Source: an uncultured delta proteobacterium
GTDB lineage: Bacteria > Desulfobacterota > Desulfuromonadia > Geobacterales > Pseudopelobacteraceae
Length of the DNA stretch: 64,000 nt
Direction of reading: 5' to 3'
Assembly: GCA_963772835.1 (NCBI GenBank)
Contig: CAVYYZ010000012.1
Span: 96,001 to 160,000, forward strand
Below, in pieces: positions 29,063 through 40,105 of this stretch. The notes under the pieces are model-generated. The model saw only the letters and a program-made list of their open reading frames with translations, searched no databases and was not told the origin of the DNA. Position 1 is the first letter of the stretch. The number at the start of each line of letters is the position of its first letter. A program made the translations under genes and the position numbers.

Positions 29063-29623
29063 ATGACGCACCAATCGGAAATCCTGCATTACGCCGTCTC
29101 GGTGGTCGGAAAAGACCGTCCCGGCATCGTGGCCGCCATCACCGAAGGCTTATTCAACCTCGGCTGCAATATAGCCGATTCCAGCTGCACGATGCTGGGT
29201 GGTGAATTTGCCATGATCCTGATTGTTTCACTGAAAAAGCCGTTCAGCAAATCACGGCTGATTGACGAGTTGAAGCCGATCTGTGACGGGCTGGGGATGA
29301 CTCTCGGAGTGCGCACGCTCCATTCCGACGAGGTGGCCCGCCAGGAGCCCGACGGAGAGATCTGCATGATTTCGGTGTATGGAGCCGACCAGCCGGGTAT
29401 CGTCTATCGCGTCACCAAAGAGCTGGCCTCACGCAGCATAAATATAACCGATCTGAACACCAAGTTAATCGGCACAGAAGAAGAGCCGGTTTATGTGCTG
29501 ATGCTCGAAATTGCACTGCCGGAGGGTGAGAGCGCCGAAGGGGTGGAGCAGACGCTGGCCGCTCTGAAAAAAGAGCTGAACGTGGAGATCGGCGTACGGG
29601 TCATAACACCGGTGGCTTTCTAA
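29063..29623 (+). CDS. Double-ACT domain protein (GcvR-like)
   Basis: G.DRPGIV and GADQPGIV ACT repeats. Confidence 0.85.
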   Translation: MTHQSEILHYAVSVVGKDRPGIVAAITEGLFNLGCNIADSSCTMLGGEFAMILIVSLKKPFSKSRLIDELKPICDGLGMTLGVRTLHSDEVARQEPDGEICMISVYGADQPGIVYRVTKELASRSINITDLNTKLIGTEEEPVYVLMLEIALPEGESAEGVEQTLAALKKELNVEIGVRVITPVAF

Positions 29624-29625
29624 CG

Positions 29626-30129
29626 ATGCCTATACAACCTATTCTAAAGTATCCCCACCCAGTGTTGAAAAAGCTCTGTCATCGAGTCGAGCAGATCGAC
29701 CGGAACATCCATACTCTTATTCAGGATCTGATCGATACCATGCATGACGGTCCCGGTTCCGTGGGTGTGGCCGCCTCGCAGATCGGTGTGACACTGCGGG
29801 TCTGTGTAGTGGATGTTTCCAGAAATCGTCACGGCAAAGATAACAACCACGGTCTGCTGTGCATGATCAACCCCGAGATTATCAACCGCAGCGGTTCGGC
29901 AACCATGCGCGAAGGATGCATGAGTGTGCCGGACTACACCGGCGATGTTGATCGCGCCACCGAGATCACCCTGCAGTTCAGCGAACCCGACGGGACACTG
30001 CAGCTGATTGCCGTCAGTGGTTTTGAGGCGGTGGCCGTCCAGCACGAAATGGATCATCTGGACGGCATCCTGTTTCTGGACAGGGTGACCAGCATCAAAA
30101 CCGGACTTTTCCGGCGGAAGAATTATTAA
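29626..30129 (+). CDS. def: Peptide deformylase
   Basis: VGVAASQIG, EGCMS, QHEMDHLDG. Confidence 0.93.
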   Translation: MPIQPILKYPHPVLKKLCHRVEQIDRNIHTLIQDLIDTMHDGPGSVGVAASQIGVTLRVCVVDVSRNRHGKDNNHGLLCMINPEIINRSGSATMREGCMSVPDYTGDVDRATEITLQFSEPDGTLQLIAVSGFEAVAVQHEMDHLDGILFLDRVTSIKTGLFRRKNY

Positions 30130-30152
30130 CCCTGAATGCAATATTTCATTAC

Positions 30153-30280
30153 CCACTAAGACACTAAGACCACTAATCAACAGATAAAAACATGCGTTTT
30201 CCCATTTACGATATTGGTTCACCTTCAGGCATTCACTGACTTTAAAATATTTTTTCTCCGTGTTCTTGGTGCCTTAGTGG
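30153..30280. repeat. Intergenic inverted-repeat element (REP/MITE-like)
   Basis: Left arm CCACTAAGACACTAAGACCAC vs reverse complement of right arm CCACTAAGGCACCAAGAACAC (18/21). Confidence 0.65.
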
Positions 30281-30328
30281 TGATATTTGATTTTACAGAT
30301 TGATTTTACGGATTTGCGGGGTGAAGAG

Positions 30329-30874
30329 ATGTCGGATCTTTTGACCAAAAAAGAGCAGAAGGAACTGCTGAAGATTGCCAGATGCACGATTGTTGATTAT
30401 GTCACCGACCGGAAGGTTCCGGCCATTGCCCCGACATCACCGGGGCTGAACCTTCACTCAGGCTGTTTCGTCACGGTCAAACAGAAGGGGGATCTGCGGG
30501 GATGTATCGGCAATTTCGTTTCTGAACAACCGCTGTTCCAGTTGGTACAGGAGATGGCTGTCTCGGCCGCTACCCGTGACCCTCGATTTTACCCGATGAA
30601 GGCTGCAGACCTGGCCGATTTCACGCTCGATATTTCTGTCCTTTCGCCGTTGGAAAAAGCCGCATCGGTTGAGGAAATTCAAGTCGGAAAACATGGCATA
30701 TATATTGTCAAAGGGAGTTATCGAGGTGTGCTGCTGCCCCAGGTAGCGACCGAATACGGCTGGAATCGCGACCAGTTCCTGCAGCATACTTGCACCAAGG
30801 CAGGCCTGCCTCAGGACGCCTGGCAGGGGGAATGTGAAATTTACATTTTCAGCGCTCAGGTTTTCGGGGAGTAA
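30329..30874 (+). CDS. AMMECR1 / AmmeMemoRadiSam protein A
   Basis: GCFVT, LRGCIG, DPRF, ISVLSP, GVLLPQVA.E.GW, C.KAGL. Confidence 0.92.
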   Translation: MSDLLTKKEQKELLKIARCTIVDYVTDRKVPAIAPTSPGLNLHSGCFVTVKQKGDLRGCIGNFVSEQPLFQLVQEMAVSAATRDPRFYPMKAADLADFTLDISVLSPLEKAASVEEIQVGKHGIYIVKGSYRGVLLPQVATEYGWNRDQFLQHTCTKAGLPQDAWQGECEIYIFSAQVFGE

Positions 30875-31748
30875 TATACGATATCCCGCTAACCCGCTCG
30901 GCAAACACACCATCAAGCGGCGCAGCAACTACAACCTCTCCCCCTCTGGAAAGCTGAAACGTCATCGCAGAGCAGTGCAGCATCATACGCCCGGCGGGCA
31001 GACCGCCATAGGTAGCATCACCAAGTATCGGCAGACCGACAGAAGCAAGATGCACCCTGATCTGATGAGTGCGGCCGGTTAGCGGTTTTGCTTCCACCAG
31101 CGAAATATCATCGGATGATGACAGCGTGCGAAATTCGGTACTCGATGATTTACCGCCGTCAACGATGCCGTACCGTGCCGAGGCAACCTTGCCGATCGGT
31201 GCGTCCACTCTCCACGCCTCCTGGTCAGGCCGGCCACACACCAGCGCCAGATACCGCTTTTCGACCAAACCGTCCTGAAACTGTTTTGAAAGCCAGGCCG
31301 CTGCCTGTCTGTTCTTCGGGAAGAGCATCGTTCCGGAGGTGCCACGATCGAGACGATGGACAACCCGGGCCGGTTCACTGTTCCCCTGGGCCTTGAAATA
31401 TTCTGAAACCCAGTATTCGAGCGTCCCCTTCAACTGATAGGGGGTTCGCTGGCTGTTGATCCCGGCCGGTTTGTTGACGGCGATCAGCTCCGCATCCTCA
31501 TACAACAGAGCCTCGGGCGGCAGCTGCAGTTCCTGAAACCGCCCCGCCTCCATAATGCCGATTTCGATGACATCATTCGCCTTGACACCCCGTGACGCCA
31601 CCCGCACCAGAGCGACGTTAACCGTGCAGCCCCCGCGGTCAATGATGCGGCGCGCCTCCGATTTGCTGACCCCTGTGCAGAGCACGGCGATGGCATCATC
31701 GAGACGGAGGTTGTGCTGCTCTTTACCAACTGTTTTTCGAAGTATCAT
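30849..31748 (-). CDS. RluA/RluD family pseudouridine synthase
   Basis: S4-like N-terminus, VNKPAG, VHRLDRGTSG, TGRTHQIRVH, PILGD..YG. Confidence 0.92.
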   Translation of the reverse strand: MILRKTVGKEQHNLRLDDAIAVLCTGVSKSEARRIIDRGGCTVNVALVRVASRGVKANDVIEIGIMEAGRFQELQLPPEALLYEDAELIAVNKPAGINSQRTPYQLKGTLEYWVSEYFKAQGNSEPARVVHRLDRGTSGTMLFPKNRQAAAWLSKQFQDGLVEKRYLALVCGRPDQEAWRVDAPIGKVASARYGIVDGGKSSSTEFRTLSSSDDISLVEAKPLTGRTHQIRVHLASVGLPILGDATYGGLPAGRMMLHCSAMTFQLSRGGEVVVAAPLDGVFAERVSGISYITPRKPER

Positions 31749-31832
31749 GCAGTCGTAGTACCTTTTTTACGAGCCGATTACAAACTAATTCCCGATGGCT
31801 AAAGCCCCCTGATTCTGCTAGTCTCTGCCGCT

Positions 31833-32420
31833 ATGAGCGATCACCCCTTCACCATACCGGCACTGCGCGGGCCGGTGCCGTTATCGCATCTGTTTCTGCA
31901 CAGTTTTGTGCGGGACGGTCAGTGCGTCGTAGATGCAACCTGCGGCAACGGCCATGATACCGTACTATTGGCCCGCCTGGTCGGCGAGAGAGGCCATGTC
32001 TGGGGATTTGATGTCCAGAAGGGTGCGCTGGCTGAAACCGGTCAGAGGCTGGCCGAAGCAGAATTGTCAATCAGAGTGACGCTTCTGCACGCGGGACACG
32101 AAGAACTGGCCCGGCACGTTTCCGGTCCGGTGCAGGCGGTGCTCTTTAATCTTGGCTACCTCCCCGGCGGCGACCGTACTATTATCACGCGCCCTGAGAC
32201 AACCGGCACCGCCCTGGAGCAGGCACTATCTCTTCTTGCACCGGGCGGCATTGTCTTGATGACGGTGTATCCCGGTCATGACGGCGGTTCGGAGGAAAAG
32301 GCCATCGTCGAGAGCTGGGCAGCTGGCCTCGATCCACGGTCATATCATTCCTGGCGCATGGGACAGGTTAACGTCACCCCGACTGCACCCTATCTGCTGC
32401 TCGTCCAGCGTGTACTCTGA
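31833..32420 (+). CDS. Class I SAM-dependent methyltransferase (YtqB/MnmM-like)
   Basis: VDATCGNGHDT, GFDVQ, FNLGYLPGGD, YPGH.GG.EE. Confidence 0.88.
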   Translation: MSDHPFTIPALRGPVPLSHLFLHSFVRDGQCVVDATCGNGHDTVLLARLVGERGHVWGFDVQKGALAETGQRLAEAELSIRVTLLHAGHEELARHVSGPVQAVLFNLGYLPGGDRTIITRPETTGTALEQALSLLAPGGIVLMTVYPGHDGGSEEKAIVESWAAGLDPRSYHSWRMGQVNVTPTAPYLLLVQRVL

Positions 32421-32721
32421 CATACTGCCAGCCTGCCCCCCCATTTTGTCACCCTTTCATCGCCGGCCTCTGTGCTGATCTCGCTCTGGTGTACGGCGAT
32501 ATATTTTAGTACGAGTAGTCCATCATTTCTCACCTCTCATCTCCAAAAATTTTGATCCTGAGGCCGGTCAAAGCGATGGATGCAGACAGCTAAGACAATT
32601 TTCCCGTTCTTCTTCCGGCAGTATGCGGGATAGCTGCAGATCGTCTTTGTCGCGAGAACCGGATGATTCTCCTCAGACTCTTCGTGCTGCCGACATCACC
32701 GGAGATTGGTACAAAAAAACA

Positions 32722-32768
32722 TTGACACTCGCCTTGCAAATGAGATAAACGGAATGAACGTTCATTCC
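32722..32768 (+). promoter_or_regulatory. tetR-acrAB promoter with perfect 18-bp palindromic operator
   Basis: TTGACA-N16-GATAAA, then GGAATGAAC/GTTCATTCC at 32751-32768, 19 nt before the tetR ATG. Confidence 0.75.
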
Positions 32769-32787
32769 TAAATAAAAGGAGCGATGC

Positions 32788-33363
32788 ATGGCAAAGTTGG
32801 AAAAACGTGATGAAATCGTTCGAGCGGCACTGGAGTTGATTGCTGAGCACGGTTTTCACGGAGCCCCCATGGCGATGATCGCCGGGCGCGCCGGAGTCGG
32901 CGCCGGGACGATCTACCGTTACTTTGAAAACAAGGATGTCATGATTACCGAACTGTTTCGTGAGCTCGAAGAGCGAAGCCACCCGATTATCAAGGAGGGA
33001 TATGCTTCCGAAAAACCGCATCGAGAGCGTTTTATCCATCTCTGCACCGCCTTGATACATTACTTCATTGAAAACCCGCTTGATTTCCGTTTCATCGAGC
33101 AGTTTTTTAATTCTCCCTACGGCGTGGAACATCGCCGGGACAAACTTCTGGGTACCAAAGAGGGGTGTGATGTTTTCAAGGAACTCTTTGAAGACGGGAT
33201 ATCCCGACAGGTACTGAAGGATCTTCCCATTGTCATTCTCTTTGACCTGGCCTTTGGGCCGATTTTATCCGTGGCCCGGGATCACATACTCGGCTTCATC
33301 GTGCTGGACGACGTTCTACTCGGTCGAACCGTTGAAGCGTGCTGGGATGCGGTAAAGCGATAA
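32788..33363 (+). CDS. TetR/AcrR family regulator
   Basis: N-terminal HTH IAGRAGVGAGTIYRYF.NK; upstream of an RND operon. Confidence 0.93.
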   Translation: MAKLEKRDEIVRAALELIAEHGFHGAPMAMIAGRAGVGAGTIYRYFENKDVMITELFRELEERSHPIIKEGYASEKPHRERFIHLCTALIHYFIENPLDFRFIEQFFNSPYGVEHRRDKLLGTKEGCDVFKELFEDGISRQVLKDLPIVILFDLAFGPILSVARDHILGFIVLDDVLLGRTVEACWDAVKR

Positions 33364-33430
33364 CAGTATTTAGCATCATAAGAGAGAACATTCGTTTCGT
33401 TGTCATAACTCCAATTCGTCGAGGTATTAC

Positions 33431-34627
33431 ATGCTCCAGTCACTCACAAAAAATTCAGTTCTTATTGCGGCGGCACTTCTCGCCGGCCTGTCATTCACCG
33501 GCTGCAGCAAGCCGAAGTCGGCTCCTCCTCCAAGCGGTCCCCCAGAAGTCGGAATTATCGTGGTCAAGCCGGAGAAGGTTTCCCTTACTACAGAACTTTC
33601 AGGACGGACAGTTCCCCGGATGATTGCCGAGGTACGCCCTCAGGTAAGCGGCATTATCCTGAAACGTCTGTTCACGGAGGGGAGTGATGTTACGGCGGGG
33701 CAGGTCCTCTACCAGATTGATGCTGCTGCTTACGAGGCGGCTTTCGCCAGTGCAAAAGCATCTCAGGCTCGGGTGGAAGCTTCGCTTGTGTCGCTCAGGC
33801 TCACAGAGGGACGTTACAGCGATCTGGTGAAGATCAAGGCGGTCAGCCAACAGGATTATGATAACGCTTCTGCTGTACTGAATCAGGCTGAAGCTGAACT
33901 TGCCTCCGCCAAGGCTGCGGTTGAAACCGCCCGGATCAATGTTGCATACACTAAAGTAAAAGCCCCGATATCAGGCCGTATCGGCAGGTCAAGCGTGACC
34001 ACCGGGGCACTGGTGACCGCTAACCAACCGGCAGCGCTTGCAACAATCCAACAGCTTGACTCCATGTATGTTGATGTCACTCAATCAATTTCCGACCTGC
34101 TCAAGCTGAAGCAGAATCTTGCCAACGGGATTCTGAAAAAGAGCGGTTCGGCACAAGCGCCGGTCAAGCTGCTCCTCGAAGACGGTTCTGCGTATCCGGT
34201 GACCGGAATACTTAAGTTCTCGGAGGTAACGGTTGATCAAAGTACCGGATCCGTTACCCTGCGGGCGGTATTTCCGAATCCAAAGCAAACACTGCTGCCC
34301 GGCATGTTTGTCCGTGCCCTGATCGTGGAAGGGGTAAATGAAGAGGCCATCCTCATCCCGCAGCGCGGTGTAAACCGAAATCAAAAAGGTGATGCCGTGG
34401 TCATGATTGTTGGCACTGGTGAAAAGGCAGAACCGCGGCCTATCAAGGTGGTCAGGACGGTGGGTGACAGCTGGCTGGTCAGCGACGGTTTGAAAGCGGG
34501 GGATCGCGTCATTCTGGAGGGGCTGCAGAAAGCCCGGCCGGGATCCCCGGTCAAAGCGGTACCGTTTGGCAGCACTCCGGCAACGTCGACCACAGCTGCC
34601 CCGCAACCGCCACCAGCCAAAAAATAA
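33431..34627 (+). CDS. acrA: RND efflux periplasmic adaptor (AcrA/MexA-like lipoprotein)
   Basis: Lipobox FTGC; AEVRPQVSGI, APISGRIG, VDQSTGSVTLRA.FPNP, LLPGMFV. Confidence 0.92.
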   Translation: MLQSLTKNSVLIAAALLAGLSFTGCSKPKSAPPPSGPPEVGIIVVKPEKVSLTTELSGRTVPRMIAEVRPQVSGIILKRLFTEGSDVTAGQVLYQIDAAAYEAAFASAKASQARVEASLVSLRLTEGRYSDLVKIKAVSQQDYDNASAVLNQAEAELASAKAAVETARINVAYTKVKAPISGRIGRSSVTTGALVTANQPAALATIQQLDSMYVDVTQSISDLLKLKQNLANGILKKSGSAQAPVKLLLEDGSAYPVTGILKFSEVTVDQSTGSVTLRAVFPNPKQTLLPGMFVRALIVEGVNEEAILIPQRGVNRNQKGDAVVMIVGTGEKAEPRPIKVVRTVGDSWLVSDGLKAGDRVILEGLQKARPGSPVKAVPFGSTPATSTTAAPQPPPAKK

Positions 34628-34639
34628 AGGAGCCGTACC

Positions 34640-37600
34640 ATGCCTAATTTTTTCATTAATCGCCCGATTTTTGCCTGGGTGATCGCAATCATGGTCATGC
34701 TTGCGGGCCTTCTGTCAATCAAGCAGCTGCCGGTCTCCCAATATCCGGCAATCGCGCCTCCGCAGATCGCCATCAATGCGGTCTATCCTGGAGCCTCGGC
34801 CCAGACTGTGCAGGATACGGTTACCCAGATCATTGAACAGAAGCTCAACGGCATCGACAACCTGATATATATGTCATCCACCAGCGACTCGTCTGGAGCG
34901 GTGTCAATCACCCTGACCTTCAAAGCGGGCACCGATCCGAATATCGCACAGGTTCAGGTGCAGAACAAACTGCAGCTGGCTGTGCCGCTCCTGCCTCAAA
35001 TTGTTCAACGACAGGGGATTTCGGTCGTAAAATCCACCAGAAACTTCCTGCTGATTGTCGGACTGGTATCGGAAGATGGCTCCATGGACCGCAACTCCCT
35101 GACCGACTACATGGTTTCCAATCTTCAGGAGATCATCAGCCGCCTGGAAGGCGTGGGTGAACTGCAACTCTTCGGAACCCAGAACGCCATGCGAATCTGG
35201 GTGAACCCGACTAAACTGAATAACTTCCACTTGACAACCAACGAGGTGATTGCCGCGCTGCAGGCACAAAACGCCCAGGTATCGGCCGGACAGTTCGGCG
35301 GCAACCCCGCGCCGGCGGGGCAGCAGCTGAACGCCACCATCACCGCGCGAACCCTGCTCCAGACACCGGAACAGTTCGACAACATCATTCTGCGCACAGG
35401 CAGCGATGGTTCCACGGTCAGGCTCAAAGATGTCGCTGAAAGCAAGATAGGAACCGAGAACTATGAAATCCAGTCGTACTACAACGGAAAACCGTTGGGC
35501 GGGATGGCAATCCGGCTGGCTTCAGGAGCAAACGCACTGGAAACGGGCAACCGGGTCAAGGCCAAGATGGCAGAGCTGTCGAAATACTTCCCCGCAGGAA
35601 TGAAAGTGGTCTTCCCCTACGACTCCACTCCATTCGTCAAGATATCCATAGAAGAGGTGGTGCACACTCTGATCATAGCAGTGTTCCTCGTCTTCATAAT
35701 CATGTTCCTCTTCCTGCAGAATATACGAGCGACCCTGATTCCCACCATCGCCGTGCCGGTGGTGTTGTTGGGTACCATGGGCGTTCTTTCGGCCTGCGGA
35801 TTCTCTATCAACACCCTGACCATGTTTGCCCTGGTGATCGTCATCGGTCTGCTGGTTGACGACGCAATCGTCGTTGTCGAAAATGTGGAACGGATTATGT
35901 CCGAGGAGGGGCTGTCTCCCCATGACGCCACCGTTAAATCCATGGGACAGATCACCAGTGCCCTGTGGGGCATTGCCACCGTGTTGACGGCGGTCTTTCT
36001 CCCCATGGCCTTTTTCGGCGGCTCCACCGGCGTTATCTACCGGCAGTTTTCGATCACCATCATCTCAGCCATGATCCTATCGGTAATGGTGGCAATGATC
36101 CTGACCCCGGCTCTCTGCGCCACCATCCTCAAACCGGTCGCAAAAGGACATCATGCCGGTGAATCCGGCTGGTTTGCCTGGTTCTTCCGCTACTTCAACC
36201 GGGCCTTTGAATTCTGCCGCCACAACTACGAAGGAATTGTCGGCCGCTCCTTCAACAAACCGCGGCGCTACCTGGTGTTATATGGCGCCATCGTCGCCGC
36301 CATGGTGTTTTTCTTCATGCATCTTCCGACATCATTCCTGCCCGATGAGGATCAGGGATTCATCATCTGTCAGGTCCAGCTGCCGGCCGGGGCGACCCAG
36401 GAACGGACTGTGGGGGTAATACGCCAGTTGGAACAGTATTTTCTTGAAAAAGAGTCCAAAACGGTTGAAGGGGTAATTACCGTAGCCGGGTTCAGTTTTG
36501 CCGGCCGGGGTCAGAACATGGGGTTGGCGTTTGTAAAACTCAAGAACTGGGATCAGCGCACAACCCCGGACCTGAAGTCGAAGGCCATTGCCGGACGGGC
36601 CATGAAGGCTTTCTCGCAGTTCCGTGACGGTTTGGCGTTCGCCTTTTCTCCTCCGGCGGTGCTTGAACTGGGTGTCGCGAACGGCTTCGACTTTCAGCTG
36701 CAGGATCGCAGTGGCCTGGGACATGAAAAACTGATGGAAGCCCGCAATCAAATGCTGGGTATGGCCATGAAGAATAATAAACTGATTGCGGTACGACCAA
36801 ATGGTCAGGACGACTCACCCCAGTTCAAACTGGATATCGATGATGTTCGCGCCGGGGCACTGGGAGTGTCGCTGACGGATATCAACAGCGTCCTTTCCAC
36901 AGCATGGGGAAGTTCCTATGTCAACGACTTTATCCAGAACGGCCGGGTCAAGAAGGTTTACCTCCAGTCGGACCCACGGTTCCGGATGGTACCGGAAGAT
37001 ATCAACAGCTGGCATGTCAGTAGCAAAAATGGTGGGATGGTACCGTTTTCCGCCTTTGCCACCGCACACTGGCAGTACGGCTCACCCCGTCTTGAGCGGT
37101 ACAACGGCATTCCGTCCATGGAAATTCTGGGACAGGCGGCTCCGGGGATAAGCACCGGTGAAGCGATGGCCGAGATGGAAAAGATGGCCGCCCAGCTCCC
37201 GCCGGGGATCGGCTTCGAGTGGACAGGCCTCTCCTACGAAGAACAGCATGCCGGCGCCCAGGCACCGGCACTCTATGCCATCTCGCTGCTGGTGGTGTTT
37301 CTCAGTGTAGCCGCCTTGTACGAGAGCTGGACCATTCCTTTTGTCAATCTACTGATGCTGCCGCTTGGTCTTGTCGGAGCGGTTGTTGCGGTCAAATTAC
37401 GGATGTTGCCAAATGACGTCTATCTCCAAATCGGCCTGCTTACAACCATCGGCCTTTCCACCAAGAATGCCATCCTGATCATCCAGTTCATCAAGGAGCA
37501 GATGCATCAGGGACATGAACTGGTTGAGGCTACCCTGATGGCAGTTAAAATTCGACTCCGCCCGGTTATCATGACTTCTTTGGCGTTTTTCTTCGGCACC

Positions 37601-37807
37601 CTGCCACTGGCGCTGACCAAAGGTGCCGGCGCGGCGGCCCAGAACGCCATCGGCACCGCCGTAACCGGTGGCCTGCTCTCGGCGACTTTCATCGACCTGA
37701 TCTTCATCCCGTTCTTCTTTGTTATGGTTTCTCGACTATTCAAAAAGAAGAGGCTGCGCACGGCAACGGTACAACCAGACTCTACCGCAAACAGGGAGGT
37801 GCATTGA
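34640..37807 (+). CDS. acrB: HAE1 RND transporter (AcrB/MexB-like)
   Basis: [51 protein letters not shown]. Confidence 0.95.
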   Translation: MPNFFINRPIFAWVIAIMVMLAGLLSIKQLPVSQYPAIAPPQIAINAVYPGASAQTVQDTVTQIIEQKLNGIDNLIYMSSTSDSSGAVSITLTFKAGTDPNIAQVQVQNKLQLAVPLLPQIVQRQGISVVKSTRNFLLIVGLVSEDGSMDRNSLTDYMVSNLQEIISRLEGVGELQLFGTQNAMRIWVNPTKLNNFHLTTNEVIAALQAQNAQVSAGQFGGNPAPAGQQLNATITARTLLQTPEQFDNIILRTGSDGSTVRLKDVAESKIGTENYEIQSYYNGKPLGGMAIRLASGANALETGNRVKAKMAELSKYFPAGMKVVFPYDSTPFVKISIEEVVHTLIIAVFLVFIIMFLFLQNIRATLIPTIAVPVVLLGTMGVLSACGFSINTLTMFALVIVIGLLVDDAIVVVENVERIMSEEGLSPHDATVKSMGQITSALWGIATVLTAVFLPMAFFGGSTGVIYRQFSITIISAMILSVMVAMILTPALCATILKPVAKGHHAGESGWFAWFFRYFNRAFEFCRHNYEGIVGRSFNKPRRYLVLYGAIVAAMVFFFMHLPTSFLPDEDQGFIICQVQLPAGATQERTVGVIRQLEQYFLEKESKTVEGVITVAGFSFAGRGQNMGLAFVKLKNWDQRTTPDLKSKAIAGRAMKAFSQFRDGLAFAFSPPAVLELGVANGFDFQLQDRSGLGHEKLMEARNQMLGMAMKNNKLIAVRPNGQDDSPQFKLDIDDVRAGALGVSLTDINSVLSTAWGSSYVNDFIQNGRVKKVYLQSDPRFRMVPEDINSWHVSSKNGGMVPFSAFATAHWQYGSPRLERYNGIPSMEILGQAAPGISTGEAMAEMEKMAAQLPPGIGFEWTGLSYEEQHAGAQAPALYAISLLVVFLSVAALYESWTIPFVNLLMLPLGLVGAVVAVKLRMLPNDVYLQIGLLTTIGLSTKNAILIIQFIKEQMHQGHELVEATLMAVKIRLRPVIMTSLAFFFGTLPLALTKGAGAAAQNAIGTAVTGGLLSATFIDLIFIPFFFVMVSRLFKKKRLRTATVQPDSTANREVH

Positions 37808-37808
37808 T

Positions 37809-39245
37809 ATGAAACATATACGAAACAGCATGACACCCCTCTTTCTTTCTTTGTACGCGTCTCTCCTTCTTGCCGGATGCACGACAATGGCGCCACACTA
37901 TTCCCGGCCTGCTGCCCCGGTTCCGTCAGCCTGGCCAGGTTCACAACTGACCCCGGCAGCGGGCACTCTGCAACCGCAGAAAGCCGTTGCAGATATTCCC
38001 TGGCATGATTTTTTTGTCGATACACAATTACAGGCACTGATCGACCTGGCACTCAGGAACAACCGTGACCTGCGGGTTGCAGCACTTACTATTGAACGTT
38101 TTCAAGCTCTGTACCAGATCCGGAGAGCCGATCTGTTGCCAAAGATCGAAGTCTCTGCCGGAGCCAGTTTCCAGCGGACTCCTGAAACCCTCTCCAGTAC
38201 CGGACAGGCGATAACAACTCACCAATATACCGCAAGCGCCGGGTTGATCTCATACGAGCTGGATCTGTTCGGTCGTGTGCGGAGCCTGAAGGACCAGGCG
38301 CTTGAACAGTATCTGGCAACCGAACAGGCGCGACGCAGTGTACAGATCAGTCTTGTTTCCCAGGTCGCCTCCTCCTGGTTGGCTCTTGCCGCCGACCGCG
38401 AGCGTCTGCAACTTGCAAAAGATACACTGGCAAGTCAAATGGAGTCGTACAAGCTTACCAGAAGCCGTTTTGAAGCGGGGGTTTCTAACGCCCTCGCTCT
38501 CAATCAGGCTCAGGCCACTGTGGATACGGCGCGGGTGGACATAGCCCGCTATACGACCTTGGTTGCCCAGGACGAAAATGCTCTTACTGTCGTGGTTGGT
38601 TCTCAGGTCCCGGCCGCGCTGCTGCCACTGTCACTTTCCGAAGCGCTCACCGCCGTTAAGGATATCGCTCCCGGTCTGCCTTCAGACGTACTGCTGCGTC
38701 GTCCCGACATCCTTCAGGCAGAAGGTCAGCTCAAAGGCTTGAACGCCAATATCGGTGCGGCAAGAGCAGCCTTTTTTCCCAGAATCACTCTGGTGTCGTC
38801 AGTCGGTTTCGGCAGTACCGAACTTTCCGGCCTCTTTAAAGGAGATGCCTTTGCCTGGAGCTTCCTCCCACGAATCTCTCTGCCCATATTCGACGGCGGC
38901 AGCAATAAAGCCAACCTGAAAGTGGCAGAGGTTGATCGCGACATTGCAGTGGCACAGTACGAGAAAGCTATCCAGACCGCCTTTCGGGAAGTGGCAGATG
39001 CCTTTGCTCAAAAAGGGACTATTGATGACCAGCTTGTCGCCCAAAAGTCACTTACCGATGCCACGACTGAAAGTTACCGGCTCTCACTGGCGCGATTTGA
39101 CAAAGGAGTGGACAGCTATCTGCAGGTTCTGGACTCCCAACGCACCCTGTATGGTGCTCAGCAGAACCTCATCAGCACCCGCCTAACCCGGTTGACAAAT
39201 CTGGTGACTTTGTACAAGGTGCTGGGCGGCGGAAATTCTGACTGA
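37809..39245 (+). CDS. Outer-membrane efflux lipoprotein (OprM/NodT-like)
   Basis: Lipobox [35 protein letters not shown]. Confidence 0.92.
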   Translation: MKHIRNSMTPLFLSLYASLLLAGCTTMAPHYSRPAAPVPSAWPGSQLTPAAGTLQPQKAVADIPWHDFFVDTQLQALIDLALRNNRDLRVAALTIERFQALYQIRRADLLPKIEVSAGASFQRTPETLSSTGQAITTHQYTASAGLISYELDLFGRVRSLKDQALEQYLATEQARRSVQISLVSQVASSWLALAADRERLQLAKDTLASQMESYKLTRSRFEAGVSNALALNQAQATVDTARVDIARYTTLVAQDENALTVVVGSQVPAALLPLSLSEALTAVKDIAPGLPSDVLLRRPDILQAEGQLKGLNANIGAARAAFFPRITLVSSVGFGSTELSGLFKGDAFAWSFLPRISLPIFDGGSNKANLKVAEVDRDIAVAQYEKAIQTAFREVADAFAQKGTIDDQLVAQKSLTDATTESYRLSLARFDKGVDSYLQVLDSQRTLYGAQQNLISTRLTRLTNLVTLYKVLGGGNSD

Positions 39246-39342
39246 CCTGTAGTACGCTATCGGGAAACAAGTTCACCCTTTGCTTTTTAAAAACAATGAT
39301 GTATAGTTTTTACTCACTTTTCTATGTACGCAAGGGATATTC

Positions 39343-40104
39343 GTGGTTCAGGCGCTTGGACATATAACAATCGGAATTGTGCGCGACCTGGGACGGGCAG
39401 GCTGGTTTCTGCTCTATTCGTTTTACATGATTGTGCGACGACCGGGCAGCATGGTGCACATTCTCAAACAGCTCCGCTTTATCGGAACAAAGTCACTGTT
39501 CGTCATTGTGCTTACAGCCGGCTTCACCGGCATGGTTCTCGGTCTGCAGGGGTATTACACTCTGACCAAGTTCGGTTCCGAGGGGATGCTGGGTACAGCG
39601 GTGGCCCTGTCACTGATTCGTGAGCTCGGGCCGGTACTCGCCGCCCTTATGGTTACCGGCCGGGCGGGCAGCGCCATTACAGCGGAGATCGGTATCATGC
39701 GGATTACCGAGCAGATAGATGCCTTGGAAACTATGGCGCTTGATCCATTCAAATACCTGGTCACCCCGAAGTTTATTGCCGCGATGATATCTCTTCCTCT
39801 GTTATGCGCAATTTTTGATGTTGTCGGCATCTACGGCGGTTGGCTGGTCGGAGTCAAGCTGCTGGGTGTCAACCCCGGCGCTTACTTCTACGAAATGGAA
39901 AAATCGGTTGTCTGGCTTGACGTCTATTCCGGTTTTGTTAAATCCTTTTCTTTTGGCATCATCATCGCGTGGATTGGTTGCTACAAAGGGTACTACGCCG
40001 GTCATGGCGCCGAAGGGGTTTCCAAGGCAACAACCGAGTCGGTTGTACTAACGTCTGTCATAATTCTTGTGTGGGACTACTTCCTCACTTCGGTGCTGCT
40101 CTGA
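39343..40104 (+). CDS. mlaE: MlaE family ABC permease
   Basis: RELGPVLAALMVTGRAGSAITAEIG.MRITEQIDAL. Confidence 0.93.
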   Translation: MVQALGHITIGIVRDLGRAGWFLLYSFYMIVRRPGSMVHILKQLRFIGTKSLFVIVLTAGFTGMVLGLQGYYTLTKFGSEGMLGTAVALSLIRELGPVLAALMVTGRAGSAITAEIGIMRITEQIDALETMALDPFKYLVTPKFIAAMISLPLLCAIFDVVGIYGGWLVGVKLLGVNPGAYFYEMEKSVVWLDVYSGFVKSFSFGIIIAWIGCYKGYYAGHGAEGVSKATTESVVLTSVIILVWDYFLTSVLL

Positions 40105-40105
40105 T

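Noticed and set aside
30329..30874. Complete AmmeMemoRadiSam system
   Set aside because: Only protein A is present; the YgiQ-type radical SAM at 43.8-45.6 kb belongs to a different family, and no Memo gene is seen.
32421..32700. Pseudogene or small gene between the methyltransferase and tetR
   Set aside because: The SD-ATG on the minus strand hits a stop after 6 codons, and no recognisable protein remnant is present.
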